Positions 50,153-60,594 of a DNA stretch of 64,000 nucleotides are shown here, piece after piece. The position numbers and the translations under genes were made by a program. Origin of the DNA: Alphaproteobacteria bacterium (GTDB taxonomy: Bacteria; Pseudomonadota; Alphaproteobacteria; JBFXJJ01). The stretch covers positions 1 through 64,000 of the forward strand of contig JBFXJJ010000002.1 of the NCBI GenBank assembly GCA_050175015.1. Reading direction: 5' to 3'. Each line of letters starts with the position of its first letter. Within the stretch, counting starts at the first letter, position 1. Below the pieces are notes generated by a model. The model had not been told where the DNA came from. It made no database searches and was given only the letters and a program-made list of their open reading frames with translations.

Positions 50153-52606
50153 ATGGCTGTTAAAAATAAATATATCATAAATTTTTCAGAACTATTTGAA
50201 CAAGGGCAACTAAAAAAGGTTGTGGGGCGGAAAAAAGAAATTGAGCGTGTTTCACAAGTTCTTATGCGCCTTACTAAAAATAACCCCCTTTTAATAGGTG
50301 CCATCGGCATTGGAAAAACCTCTATTGTCGAGGGATTTGCTGCAGTTCTTGCCAAAAACGAAGTTCCTGAAATGCTAAAGAATAAAATCGTTGTCCAGCT
50401 TGATACCGCCTCAATGCTTATGGAAAGCGCCTCACAAAGTGATTATGAAGAGAATTTAAGAAAAGCCTTTTTAGAAATAGAAGAATCTAAAGGTCAAATG
50501 ATCCTGTTCATTAAAGATGCAACATTCTTTTCTCGCGCTTATGAAGCCAACAAGGATATCGCAAAATATTTAAAACCAAAAATTGTCAATGGCAGCATTA
50601 AGTGCATTATAGCGACCGATTTAACTAACTTTAAGCTGCACCTTGAAAGTGACACCGATCTGATGAGAATTATTCAGCCCATTTATATTGAAGAACCAAC
50701 AATGGCTGAAACTATTGAAATTCTTATTGGTACCAAAAATCACTATGAAAGCTATTTTGATATAAAGATTCCAAACGAAACCATAAAAATGGCGGTTGAG
50801 CTTTCGCAGCGTTTTATAAAACAACGGCTTTTTCCAGAAAAAGCTATTGATTTGCTTGATGAAGCCTCAAGTTTATTGAAAGTTGACTTAGCATCTGGCA
50901 CCAAAAAACCTGATGAAAACTTGGTAACCTCTGATTATGTTTCCAAAATTATCTCTTTCTGGACGGGTGTCCCTCTTGAAAAAATTGGTTCCGCAGATAA
51001 AGAACGCCTGCTCAATATGGAAAGCTTTTTAGAAAAAAGGGTTATCGGTCAGCCCGAAGCTGTTAAGGTTATCGCTGGAGCTGTTAGGCGTTCTAAATCA
51101 GGACTGCAGGATCCCAACAGACCGCTTGGAACTTTTCTCTTTATTGGAACGACGGGTGTTGGCAAGACCGAACTTGCTAAAGCTTTAGCCGAATTTGTGT
51201 TTGATGATGAAACCGCCCTGCTCCGACTTGATATGTCAGAATATATGGAAAGAGACAGTGTGAAAAGACTGCTTGGTCCGCCTCCCGGCTCTCCTGGTTA
51301 TGAAAATGGTGGTATTCTTACTGAGGCCGTAAGACTTCGCCCTTATCAAGTTGTTCTGTTTGACGAGTTAGAAAAAGCCAACGGCGAAATCCTCAATCTT
51401 TTATTGCAGGTACTTGATGAAGGACGTCTGACAGATAGTAAAGGTTTAACCGTAGACTTCCGTAACACTATTATCATTATGACTTCTAATATTGGTGCTA
51501 ACCTTCCTAAATACCAGAGAATGGAACATCTAAAGAAAGCAATGAAGCCAGAGTTTCTGGCTCGTATTGACGATATCGTTCCTTTCCAAGGTCTGCAGCC
51601 TGCAAAATTGATTTATATTGTTGAAATCCATCTCAACAAATTAATAAAAAGAGCAAAAGCTAAAGACATCTTTTTGAACATTACGCTTGAAGCGAAAAAA
51701 TGGCTTTCTGAAGAAGTTTATGTCGCTAAAAATGGTGTTCGTGAATTAAAAAGATTGTTGCAGCATAATGTTGAAAACCCTGTTGCCGAACTGATTATGC
51801 AAGACAAAGTTCTTCCTGGATACACTGTAACGGTTGATGTTTCGGGCAATAAACTTAAAATTACTAAAATTGAAAGTGAAACTCCAATTACAGCGCCTCA
51901 AGTTTCTTTAGAAGATGCTTACAAAACACCTTCTGAAGAAGCTCCCAAAGAAGAGAGTGGTGGCGAAGAAACTGAAGAAGTTTATGATGAGGAACAATAT
52001 TCTGAAGAAGATGCGGCAGAGTATGAAGAGGGAGAAGAGGGTTACTACGAAGAATATTCCGAAGATGGATTAGAAGAAAGCTCTCCTGAAGATGGCTCAG
52101 AAACTTACGAAAATGTTCCTGACGATGCAGAAAATTATGATGAAGGCACAGTTTCTGAGAACGAGCAAGCCACAACAGAAAATGAGTCGGCCTCAGAAGA
52201 CGCAGCCAGCATTGAAACTAGTTCAGAAGAAATAGATACCAATGAGGAAAACGACATCAAAGACTCAGATGTCAAACAAAATGTTATAAATAACAATGCG
52301 TTAGATGGTAGTTTGTCAAAAAGCTCTGATACTGCTCAAAAAACTGAGGTTCCAGTAACTCCTGCGGTAAAAATACCGCCAAAACCTCAGGCATCAGCTG
52401 AACTTTCTATTGCTAAAGTTCCGCCAAAACCAACCGATAGCGCATCTTCTGGAATAAAGATACCGCCAAAACCTCAGGCATCAGCGGCAGGAACCACAAG
52501 TGCTGCACCTAGCGCACTTAAAATTCCATCTCAGCCAAAGGTTGTTGTTAAAAAAATTGTGAAGGTAGTAAAACCTCCAGAAAAGACTACCCCTAAACCT
52601 CAATAA
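50153..52606 (+). CDS. Atypical Clp/Hsp100 AAA+ ATPase (no N-domain, degenerate NBD1, long disordered tail)
   Basis: KNNPLLIG..GIGKT, PEKAIDLLDEA, GTTGVGKTELAK, LFDELEKA, LLQVLDEGRLTD, MTSN. Confidence 0.9.
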   Translation: MAVKNKYIINFSELFEQGQLKKVVGRKKEIERVSQVLMRLTKNNPLLIGAIGIGKTSIVEGFAAVLAKNEVPEMLKNKIVVQLDTASMLMESASQSDYEENLRKAFLEIEESKGQMILFIKDATFFSRAYEANKDIAKYLKPKIVNGSIKCIIATDLTNFKLHLESDTDLMRIIQPIYIEEPTMAETIEILIGTKNHYESYFDIKIPNETIKMAVELSQRFIKQRLFPEKAIDLLDEASSLLKVDLASGTKKPDENLVTSDYVSKIISFWTGVPLEKIGSADKERLLNMESFLEKRVIGQPEAVKVIAGAVRRSKSGLQDPNRPLGTFLFIGTTGVGKTELAKALAEFVFDDETALLRLDMSEYMERDSVKRLLGPPPGSPGYENGGILTEAVRLRPYQVVLFDELEKANGEILNLLLQVLDEGRLTDSKGLTVDFRNTIIIMTSNIGANLPKYQRMEHLKKAMKPEFLARIDDIVPFQGLQPAKLIYIVEIHLNKLIKRAKAKDIFLNITLEAKKWLSEEVYVAKNGVRELKRLLQHNVENPVAELIMQDKVLPGYTVTVDVSGNKLKITKIESETPITAPQVSLEDAYKTPSEEAPKEESGGEETEEVYDEEQYSEEDAAEYEEGEEGYYEEYSEDGLEESSPEDGSETYENVPDDAENYDEGTVSENEQATTENESASEDAASIETSSEEIDTNEENDIKDSDVKQNVINNNALDGSLSKSSDTAQKTEVPVTPAVKIPPKPQASAELSIAKVPPKPTDSASSGIKIPPKPQASAAGTTSAAPSALKIPSQPKVVVKKIVKVVKPPEKTTPKPQ
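52373..52485 (+). repeat. 26-bp direct repeat encoding IPPKPQASA in the Clp tail
   Basis: ATACCGCCAAAACCTCAGGCATCAGC at 52373-52398 and 52460-52485. Confidence 0.9.
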
Positions 52607-52643
52607 AAAAAAGGTCTTATGCTAAATCCATAAGACCTTTTTT
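52605..52643. terminator. Bidirectional terminator between the Clp gene and ettA
   Basis: AAGGTCTTATG / CATAAGACCTT flanked by A and T runs. Confidence 0.8.
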
Positions 52644-52778
52644 ATTACATTTTCAAAAAACAATACGAGAAAACGCTTTTATAACTATAGCTAAGACACC
52701 TTAAAATGATTATTTAGAAACCAGATAACTCTTTGATTTTCAAAAACATAATCAAATTATATTTACTTAGCTATATCA

Positions 52779-54461
52779 TTATTTGCGAACAAGCGGTTTA
52801 TACTTTATGCGGTGAGGTTGATCGGCATCAGCCCCTAAGCGGCGTTTTTTGTCGACCTCATAATCGGCATAGTTTCCTTCAAACCACACAACTTGAGAAT
52901 CACCCTCAAAAGCCAGAATATGCGTTGCTAACCTATCCAAAAACCAACGATCGTGCGAAGTGATTAAAACACAACCTGGGAAATCAATTAAGGCTTCCTC
53001 TAATGCTCTTAAGGTATCAACATCAAGGTCATTAGTCGGTTCGTCAAGCAGAATAACATTAGCGCCAGACTTAAGCATTTTAGCAAGATGAACACGGTTT
53101 CTTTCACCGCCAGAAAGCTGTCCGACTTTTTTCTGTTGATCGGCACCTTTGAAATTAAATCTGCCAACGTATGCCCTACTTGGCATTTTCCTTTTGCCGA
53201 GTTCTAATTCATCATATCCGTCAGATATTTCCTGCCATACGGTATTTTCGGCCTTTAAAGAATCACGGCTTTGGTCAACATAACCCAGCTTTACCGTATC
53301 TCCGATGCGAATATTTCCAGCATCAGGCGTTTCCTGACCTGTTATCATTCTCATAAGTGTTGTTTTACCCGCGCCGTTAGCGCCAATAATACCGACAATA
53401 GCTCCAGGAGGAATCTTAAAGTCAAGATTTTCAATTAAAAGACTCTTACTAAACCCTTTAGTTAATTCTTTGGCTTCGATAACTAAATCCCCAAGTCTTG
53501 GACCTTCCGGAATAACAATTTGAGCTTGCTCAATACCTTTTTTACCAGCCTCAGAAACTAAGTTTTCGAAAGCAGAAATACGAGCTTTGTTTTTTGCTTG
53601 TCGTGCTTTAGGACTTTTTCTAATCCATTCCAACTCTTCTTTAATAACTCTTTGCTTAGCATCTTCATCTCTAGTTTCTTGCAGCAATCTTTTTTGTTTT
53701 TGCTCAAGCCAAGAAGAGTAGTTGCCTTCGTAAGGTATGCCCTGACCTCTATCTAATTCAAGTATCCAGCCCGTTACATTATCAAGGAAGTATCTATCGT
53801 GGGTTACCAACACAACTGTGCCAGCATAATCTTGCAAATGTTTTTCTAACCACGCAACAGATTCAGCATCAAGATGGTTAGTTGGTTCATCAAGAAGAAG
53901 CATATCGGGCTTTTGCAAAAGCAAACGGCATAAAGCAACACGTCTGCGTTCACCACCTGACAATTTAGTTACATCAGCATCGCCCGAAGGACATCTTAAT
54001 GCGTCCATAGCAACTTCAATCGTTCTTTCAATGTCCCAGCCATCGCAGGCATCAATTTTTTCTTGCAGCTCAGCCTGTTCAGTGATGAGATTATTCATCT
54101 CGTCTTCACTTAATTCTTCAGCAAATTTAGCGCTTATTTCATCAAATTTGGCAAGCAGATCTCTTGTTTCAGCAACCCCGTCCATAACGTTGCCCATAAC
54201 ATTTTTTGATGGGTCAAGCTGTGGTTCTTGTTCAAGATAACCAACTTTCACACCATCTGCTGCCCAAGCTTCACCATTAAACTCTTTTTCAATGCCAGCC
54301 ATAATTTTTAACAAGGTACTTTTACCAGCACCGTTAGCACCTAAAACACCAATTTTGGCACCGGGTAAAAAAGAAAGGCTAATACCTTTAAATAATTCTC
54401 TTCCCGTAGAAAACGTTTTTGATAAATTTTGCATCACGAAAATATATTGATATGAAGCCAT
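52779..54461 (-). CDS. ettA: Energy-dependent translational throttle ABC-F protein
   Basis: [56 protein letters not shown]. Confidence 0.96.
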   Translation of the reverse strand: MASYQYIFVMQNLSKTFSTGRELFKGISLSFLPGAKIGVLGANGAGKSTLLKIMAGIEKEFNGEAWAADGVKVGYLEQEPQLDPSKNVMGNVMDGVAETRDLLAKFDEISAKFAEELSEDEMNNLITEQAELQEKIDACDGWDIERTIEVAMDALRCPSGDADVTKLSGGERRRVALCRLLLQKPDMLLLDEPTNHLDAESVAWLEKHLQDYAGTVVLVTHDRYFLDNVTGWILELDRGQGIPYEGNYSSWLEQKQKRLLQETRDEDAKQRVIKEELEWIRKSPKARQAKNKARISAFENLVSEAGKKGIEQAQIVIPEGPRLGDLVIEAKELTKGFSKSLLIENLDFKIPPGAIVGIIGANGAGKTTLMRMITGQETPDAGNIRIGDTVKLGYVDQSRDSLKAENTVWQEISDGYDELELGKRKMPSRAYVGRFNFKGADQQKKVGQLSGGERNRVHLAKMLKSGANVILLDEPTNDLDVDTLRALEEALIDFPGCVLITSHDRWFLDRLATHILAFEGDSQVVWFEGNYADYEVDKKRRLGADADQPHRIKYKPLVRK

Positions 54462-54746
54462 TTTTGTTTGTACCTTTAATTCTTTATAATTTGTTGTATT
54501 TTTAACTTACATAGTAATTAGTATAAAAACCAATAAATGTAAATGCTGATTAAGTTTTCTTAAAATCAGTTTATGGTCATTGCAAAAATTAATTGTTCTT
54601 TTTTCATAAAAGTTCCATTCTCGGAATTTGAATTGCTGATATTTTTTCGCTTATTTATTTTTAATAGTTTAAACAAGAGAATATATATTCAAGCGTTTAA
54701 ATCAACTTGTTTTACTTTTTTATATAAAATTTAGGAATTCCAATTT

Positions 54747-55631
54747 ATGTGTCTATTTTACTTCTTTCCTTTGCTTAGAGGGTTAGCGAGTGCCTTTATG
54801 CAAACTAATGATAAGCATATTTTAAGTAAATTGAAATTGAATGAAATGTTTGCCGCATTTTATAGAGTCTTCCTGCCTTCTTTAATTTTATCTTTGCCTT
54901 TATATTTTTTGGGAGAATATCATCATTTAAGCAATATAAAATTTATACAATATACATTAGCTAATGTTGCAGGAAACATTATAAATACACTGTTGTGGTA
55001 TTTTATTATTAAGAAATTCGATATATCTTATATAGCCATTATCAAAACAACACAGCCCTTTATATTTGCTGTAATTTCATTTTTTATTTTGGATGAAGTG
55101 TTAAGTAAAATAACTATTTTGGGTTTGTTTGCTGTTATTTTAGGTTCAATATTTCTTGAAAAAAGCAGATTAGAAAAAAACAAAAAATTTCGATTTATGA
55201 AATCAGGCTGGCCATTAATATTATTACAAATGATAATTGCCGGCATTATAACTAATTTCAGCAAAATGGCTGTATTAGAAACGTCTCCTTTAATTTATAT
55301 TTGGCTGAGATATTCAATTATGTCGTCAATATTTTATGTTCTGTATAAAATGAAATTTAATAAAAGAACTATGTTTAAAAAAGGCATTCAGAAAATAGAT
55401 AAGAAATATATTTTTCCCGCGAGTTTATCTGGTATCTTATTATTAATTTCTACAATTTGTGAAATGTATGCTCTAAAATTTTTACCAATAAGCATTGTAG
55501 AAACAATTACCAGATTTGATTTAATTATTTTGTTAATAATCGAATATAAATTCATAACTAAAAGAATCAACAAAACAAGAATTGCTTCTGCACTGCTGGT
55601 TATGATTGGTATTATTTTGACTTCTTGTTAA
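54747..55631 (+). CDS. DMT/EamA-family membrane transporter, very AT-rich
   Basis: About 10 hydrophobic segments in two halves, QPFIFAVISFFILDE, YALKFLPISIV. Confidence 0.75.
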   Translation: MCLFYFFPLLRGLASAFMQTNDKHILSKLKLNEMFAAFYRVFLPSLILSLPLYFLGEYHHLSNIKFIQYTLANVAGNIINTLLWYFIIKKFDISYIAIIKTTQPFIFAVISFFILDEVLSKITILGLFAVILGSIFLEKSRLEKNKKFRFMKSGWPLILLQMIIAGIITNFSKMAVLETSPLIYIWLRYSIMSSIFYVLYKMKFNKRTMFKKGIQKIDKKYIFPASLSGILLLISTICEMYALKFLPISIVETITRFDLIILLIIEYKFITKRINKTRIASALLVMIGIILTSC

Positions 55632-55633
55632 AT

Positions 55634-55666
55634 AAAAAAAGTCTCTTAATAATAAAGAGACTTTTT
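55634..55666. terminator. Bidirectional terminator between EamA and the tRNA
   Basis: AAAAAGTCTCTT / AAGAGACTTTTT. Confidence 0.75.
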
Positions 55667-55670
55667 AAAA

Positions 55671-55747
55671 TGGTGGGCCCTGTAGGACTCGAACCTACGA
55701 CCAGACCGTTATGAGCGGCCTGCTCTAACCAACTGAGCTAAGGGCCC
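55671..55747 (-). tRNA. tRNA with CAT anticodon, most likely tRNA-Ile2 (lysidine)
   Basis: GGGCCCTTAGCTCAGTTGGTTAGAGCAGGCCGCTCATAACGGTCTGGTCGTAGGTTCGAGTCCTACAGGGCCCACCA: cloverleaf, CCA end, ileX-like acceptor stem. Confidence 0.93.
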
Positions 55748-55826
55748 AATTTTTAACAGCTTTAAAATAAAGCCATTAATATTTCCTGAGCAAAAAAACT
55801 CAAGAATTGACTTTTTAATCGAGACT

Positions 55827-57932
55827 TCATGAATTGTCAAGAAAACTACGTAACTTTCTTGAACGGCTCGGGTGTTTTAATTTACGCAATGCTTTAGCTT
55901 CAATCTGACGAATACGTTCACGAGTAACAGAAAACTGCTGTCCAACCTCTTCCAAAGTGTGATCGGTATTCATACCAATACCAAAACGCATACGTAAAAC
56001 ACGCTCTTCACGAGGAGTAAGTGAAGCTAAAATTCTTGTTGTTGTCTCTCTTAAGTTAGAGTGAATTGCAGCTTCTAATGGCTGAATGGCATTTTTATCT
56101 TCGATAAAATCTCCGATTTGAGAATCTTCTTCATCACCAACGGGGGTTTCCAAACTTATAGGTTCTTTAGCAATTTTCATTACTTTGCGAACCTTATCCA
56201 AAGGCATAGAAAGTTTTTCTGCCAATTCTTCTGGCGTTGGCTCTCTACCTATTTCGTGAAGCATTTGTCTTGAAGTTCTAACTAATTTATTAATGGTTTC
56301 AATCATATGAACAGGAATACGGATAGTTCTTGCCTGATCAGCAATAGAACGGGTGATAGCCTGTCTAATCCACCAAGTTGCATAAGTTGAGAACTTATAG
56401 CCTCTGCGATATTCAAACTTATCCACAGCTTTCATCAAACCGATGTTGCCTTCTTGAATTAAATCCAAAAACTGCAAACCGCGATTAGTATATTTCTTGG
56501 CAATAGAAATAACGAGTCTAAGGTTAGCCTCAATCATTTCTTTTTTAGCCCTACTCGCTTCACGCTCACCTTTTTGTACGGTTGCAACAACACGGCGGTA
56601 TTCTGTGATAGCAAGTCCAGTTTCTTCTGAAAGCTTAAGTATCGCATCACGAATTGCGGTAACTTCATCGTTATGTTCAGAATAGAAATTTTTCCAATTT
56701 TTACCACCCTTTTTGGCGGCTTTTTCTAACCATGCTGGGTCAAGTTCAGAATCATGGTATGCTCTTAGAAAATCTTCTCTTTTAATCTTGCATTCCATAG
56801 CTAAACGGAGAAGTTTTCCTTCTAATGTTATCAATCTTTTATTGGTATCATTAAGTTGCTCAACCAGTTGTTCAATTCTAACATTGTTAAGATGAATACT
56901 ATCTAACAGCAAAACCAAATCTTGTCTGATTTTTTTATATTTCTTTTCTATTGCGGCAGTTGGTTGTTTGCCTTTTAAAATAAAAACTAAGCGCTGCTCT
57001 TGGATTTTACGCAAAGCATCATAAGAACTAGCGATTTTTTCCAAATTTTCTTTAACAGGTTCAATTAATTTTTCTTCCATTTGAGTAATAGAAACAGAAG
57101 GACGGTCTTCATCATAATCGTCATCTTCTTCGCTTTCATCACCCTCTTTACCATCAAAATCTTCGTCATCGCTCTCTTCATCATCAGAAGTTTCGTCTTC
57201 TTCCTCGTCTTCTTCAATGATATCACCACCGACAACGACTTCATCATCATCTAAATCATCACTGATTTCGTCATCATCGTCTTCTTCAGAAACAACAACA
57301 TTATCAATGGATTCTTCAACTGTATTGTCACTATCATCATCAGAGAGTTGGTCAAAGGAGGGCTCGGCTCCATATGTAGCATCAAGATCAATAATATCTC
57401 TTAAAAGCATATCGCCGTTATCTAAGGCATCTTTCCATTTTCCAAGAGCCATAAGAGTCATAGGACTTTCGCAAAGTCCGCCAATCAACGTCGACTTTCC
57501 AGCCTCTATTCTCTTTGCTATAGCGATTTCACCTTCACGAGAAAGGAGCTCAACAGATCCCATTTCTCTAAGGTACATACGAACAGGATCATCGGTTTTA
57601 ACCATATCCTTTTCGTCATAATTACCTGCTTCATCGTCTTCTTCAACATCATCAACTTCAGCAGGAGCATCACCGTCTTCGAAGTCTTCGGCATTTTCCA
57701 CAATGCTAAGCCCCATATCTGAGACCATTGCCATAAAATCTTCGATTTTTTCAGAGCTTTCCTTATCAGATGGCAAAGCATTATTAAGTTCATCAACCGT
57801 AACATAGCCACGTTCTTTGCCTTTAGCTAAAAGTTTTTTAACTGCAGACCCTAAAGAATCTATGAGCGGACGATCTGATGAATAACTATCTACATCGCTT
57901 CTTTCAATATTGTCTTCATCACGATTAGACAT
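55827..57932 (-). CDS. rpoD: RNA polymerase primary sigma factor
   Basis: [51 protein letters not shown]. Confidence 0.99.
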   Translation of the reverse strand: MSNRDEDNIERSDVDSYSSDRPLIDSLGSAVKKLLAKGKERGYVTVDELNNALPSDKESSEKIEDFMAMVSDMGLSIVENAEDFEDGDAPAEVDDVEEDDEAGNYDEKDMVKTDDPVRMYLREMGSVELLSREGEIAIAKRIEAGKSTLIGGLCESPMTLMALGKWKDALDNGDMLLRDIIDLDATYGAEPSFDQLSDDDSDNTVEESIDNVVVSEEDDDDEISDDLDDDEVVVGGDIIEEDEEEDETSDDEESDDEDFDGKEGDESEEDDDYDEDRPSVSITQMEEKLIEPVKENLEKIASSYDALRKIQEQRLVFILKGKQPTAAIEKKYKKIRQDLVLLLDSIHLNNVRIEQLVEQLNDTNKRLITLEGKLLRLAMECKIKREDFLRAYHDSELDPAWLEKAAKKGGKNWKNFYSEHNDEVTAIRDAILKLSEETGLAITEYRRVVATVQKGEREASRAKKEMIEANLRLVISIAKKYTNRGLQFLDLIQEGNIGLMKAVDKFEYRRGYKFSTYATWWIRQAITRSIADQARTIRIPVHMIETINKLVRTSRQMLHEIGREPTPEELAEKLSMPLDKVRKVMKIAKEPISLETPVGDEEDSQIGDFIEDKNAIQPLEAAIHSNLRETTTRILASLTPREERVLRMRFGIGMNTDHTLEEVGQQFSVTRERIRQIEAKALRKLKHPSRSRKLRSFLDNS

Positions 57933-58106
57933 CTACCTTTAGCTCCTTAAAAAATAAACTTAGTTTCGATTATTTAACCTGAACTGTGTGATTTAGCACT
58001 CTATTGTTATATTTTTTTGAAAATTTATGCTACAACTACCCAAAGCATACTCGTTTACGACTTCTATGCAACATTTGTCAACAATGTTTTTTTTCAAAAA
58101 CTTATC

Positions 58107-59882
58107 CTAATTACTGTCCTTGTTTTGAAGCCGCTCTTTTTCGTTATGTAGAGCCAAAAACCTCTCATAATCATCTCTCGTAATTTTTTCTTCTTTACTG
58201 CTCAAAAGAGCTGCTAACTGCTCTCTTTCTTTATTTATTAAGTTTTCTTCAATCGAATCGAGTCCTTTTTTTATTTCTTCCGCAATATAATCTTGAGAAA
58301 CGTCTTTAAATTTCTTTTTATAAATACTGATGTCAACTGCCATAAGGCTTAAGGCTTCGCTAAAACCCTGCTCAATAAGACGCTTTTCTAAAGTTTCATC
58401 CTCTTCTAAATTCAAAGAGGAAAGAGCTTCAACCAGAGACGGCATCATCTTGATTAAAGATACATCTATCGGCTTAATTGCAGAAAAACGCTCGAGCCAT
58501 CTTAATGCCGCTTTAGGATAAAGAACCGCCAGTGATATTAGGTTTCTAGTATCTATTTGCTCTGGCAAAATACCTTTGCCCTTAAAAGAGGGAGCAGCTT
58601 TTTGTTTGGTTCTTGAGTTTTTAATATAGTTCTCAAAAAATTTATTTTTCAATTCTCTAAGATAGTTAGATTTCACCAAGCTATCTTTTATTAAATTGGT
58701 TTCATTAATTATGTCTTGCTCTAACAAGGCTTTCTGTTCTGGAGTTTTTACTTTGCGCTCTTTAGTTAATTTGCCCCAAACAACCTCAAACAAAGGAATT
58801 GCCTCTTCTAACAACCTTAAAAAGGCATCTTTGCCCCTGACTTTAACAAAATCATCCGGATCCTCGCCTTCGGGTAAGGTAACAAACTTTAAAGAGTTGC
58901 CAACTTTCAAAATAGGAAGAGCTCTATCCGTTGCTCGAAGCATTGCTCTTTGGCCGGCCTCATCGCCATCAAAACAAACGGTAGGCTCTGAGCAAAAACG
59001 CCACAAAAGCATCATCTGCTCCTCGGTTAGTGCTGTTCCCAATGGCGCAACAGCATTTGAGATGCCCGAGTTATGCAACGCTATAACGTCCATATAACCT
59101 TCACAGATGACCGCATTTTTTGTTGCAACAATTCCATCACGAGCTTTGTTTAAGGAATAAAGCACTCGGCCTTTGCTAAATAGTGCGGTATCGGGTGAAT
59201 TCAAATATTTAGGCTGGCTATCGTCCATAACTCTGCCGCCAAAAGCTATAATCCTGCCCTTTATATCCATAATAGGGAACATTACCCTATTTCTAAAATA
59301 ATCAAAAGGATTGCCATCTCGGTCAGAAATTAAGATTAAGCCGCAATCTATACCTTGTTTTATGTCAATGTTTTCATCAGCAAAAAACTTTCTTAAAGCA
59401 TTTCCATGAGGGGCATAACCTAATCTAAAATTTTTAATTATCTTTTCAGAAAGACCTCTTTTTTTCAGATAACGCAGCCCTTCACTGCCATTTGACATTT
59501 CAAGCTGTTTTTCAAAAAACAAGCACGCCTTTTCCATAACTTCATAAAGGTCTGTAATCTTGCGAGTTTTTTCTTTACTCTCGAGTGTCTGTTTGGGAAC
59601 CTCTAACCCAGCTTCTTTGGCTAGGCTTTCAATTGCCTCCATAAAAGACAATCCATTAGCCTGCATTTCAAAAGAGATAACATCACCGTGAGCACCGCAA
59701 CCGAAACAATGGTAGAACCCCTTATCATCTCTAACCGTGAAAGATGGCGTTTTCTCATTATGAAACGGACATAGCCCAAGGTAATCCCGCCCTCTTTTTG
59801 CCAGTTTTACTTTACGGGCAACAACAGAATGCAGCGAGACTCTATTTCTAATCTCTTCTAAAAAATTGGCATCAAAACTCAT
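58107..59882 (-). CDS. dnaG: DNA primase
   Basis: CPFHNEKTPSF..YHCFGC, KYLNSP, EGYMD, DGDEAG, DPDD. Confidence 0.98.
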   Translation of the reverse strand: MSFDANFLEEIRNRVSLHSVVARKVKLAKRGRDYLGLCPFHNEKTPSFTVRDDKGFYHCFGCGAHGDVISFEMQANGLSFMEAIESLAKEAGLEVPKQTLESKEKTRKITDLYEVMEKACLFFEKQLEMSNGSEGLRYLKKRGLSEKIIKNFRLGYAPHGNALRKFFADENIDIKQGIDCGLILISDRDGNPFDYFRNRVMFPIMDIKGRIIAFGGRVMDDSQPKYLNSPDTALFSKGRVLYSLNKARDGIVATKNAVICEGYMDVIALHNSGISNAVAPLGTALTEEQMMLLWRFCSEPTVCFDGDEAGQRAMLRATDRALPILKVGNSLKFVTLPEGEDPDDFVKVRGKDAFLRLLEEAIPLFEVVWGKLTKERKVKTPEQKALLEQDIINETNLIKDSLVKSNYLRELKNKFFENYIKNSRTKQKAAPSFKGKGILPEQIDTRNLISLAVLYPKAALRWLERFSAIKPIDVSLIKMMPSLVEALSSLNLEEDETLEKRLIEQGFSEALSLMAVDISIYKKKFKDVSQDYIAEEIKKGLDSIEENLINKEREQLAALLSSKEEKITRDDYERFLALHNEKERLQNKDSN

Positions 59883-59912
59883 AAAATTAATACTTGCTTA
59901 AAAATGCATGCC

Positions 59913-60371
59913 TTAAGCTGAGAGTTTTTCTTTAATAAGTCCAGAAGCCTTGGCAAAATCCATTTGACCCGCATATTTATGACGCAGCTCAGCCATAACT
60001 TTGCCCATATCTTTAATCGATTTTGCATCGACTTCCATTATTGTCGATGAAATAGCGGAAACCACCTCATCTTCATCAAGCTGTTTCGGCAAAAAGTCTT
60101 TTATAATATCTATTTCTTTGGTTTCATTATCAACTAAATCTTGGCGGCCGCCTTTTTTATACATTTCGATACTATCGAGTCTTTGCTTAACCATTGACTG
60201 TAAGAGTTGTAAGATTTCCTCATCTTTAAGACCATCTTCATCACCCTTGCCTCTGGCTGCAATGTCGCGGTCTTTAATTGCCGCATTAATAAGTCTAAGT
60301 GTTGATACTTTCTTTTCTTCACGGCTTTTCATTGCATCTTTTAATGATGCCATAATTTGTTCACGAAGCAT
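59913..60371 (-). CDS. GatB/YqeY domain protein
   Basis: LKDAMK, STLRLINAAIKD, KQRLDSIEMY..GGR, KDMGKVM. Confidence 0.93.
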   Translation of the reverse strand: MLREQIMASLKDAMKSREEKKVSTLRLINAAIKDRDIAARGKGDEDGLKDEEILQLLQSMVKQRLDSIEMYKKGGRQDLVDNETKEIDIIKDFLPKQLDEDEVVSAISSTIMEVDAKSIKDMGKVMAELRHKYAGQMDFAKASGLIKEKLSA

Positions 60372-60455
60372 AATTATTCTCCTTAAAAAGCTTTATAATT
60401 GTTTTTAGTGATTTTTATTTAAATGTAATAATAAATCAACATTAATATTCCACAC

Positions 60456-60485
60456 TTGAAGTTTTTATAAATTAATGTTTATAAT
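60456..60485 (+). promoter_or_regulatory. Probable sigma70 promoter of greA
   Basis: TTGAAG-N18-TATAAT. Confidence 0.5.
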
Positions 60486-60492
60486 ATTTAAG

Positions 60493-60529
60493 ACTGTGAG
60501 GTTTCGAAGCCCACAGTTTTACTTTTTTT
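60493..60529 (+). terminator. Terminator-like hairpin in the greA leader
   Basis: ACTGTG-A-GGTT-TCGA-AGCC-CACAGT followed by TTTACTTTTTTT. Confidence 0.6.
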
Positions 60530-60594
60530 AATTTTATATTGTTTCTCTTCTTTTTAGAAAAGCAATTATTAAAAATTTGAGGTTATTTTAAATT

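Noticed and set aside
57100-57350. Long D/E-rich low-complexity stretch in RpoD
   Set aside because: Normal acidic non-conserved region of proteobacterial sigma70
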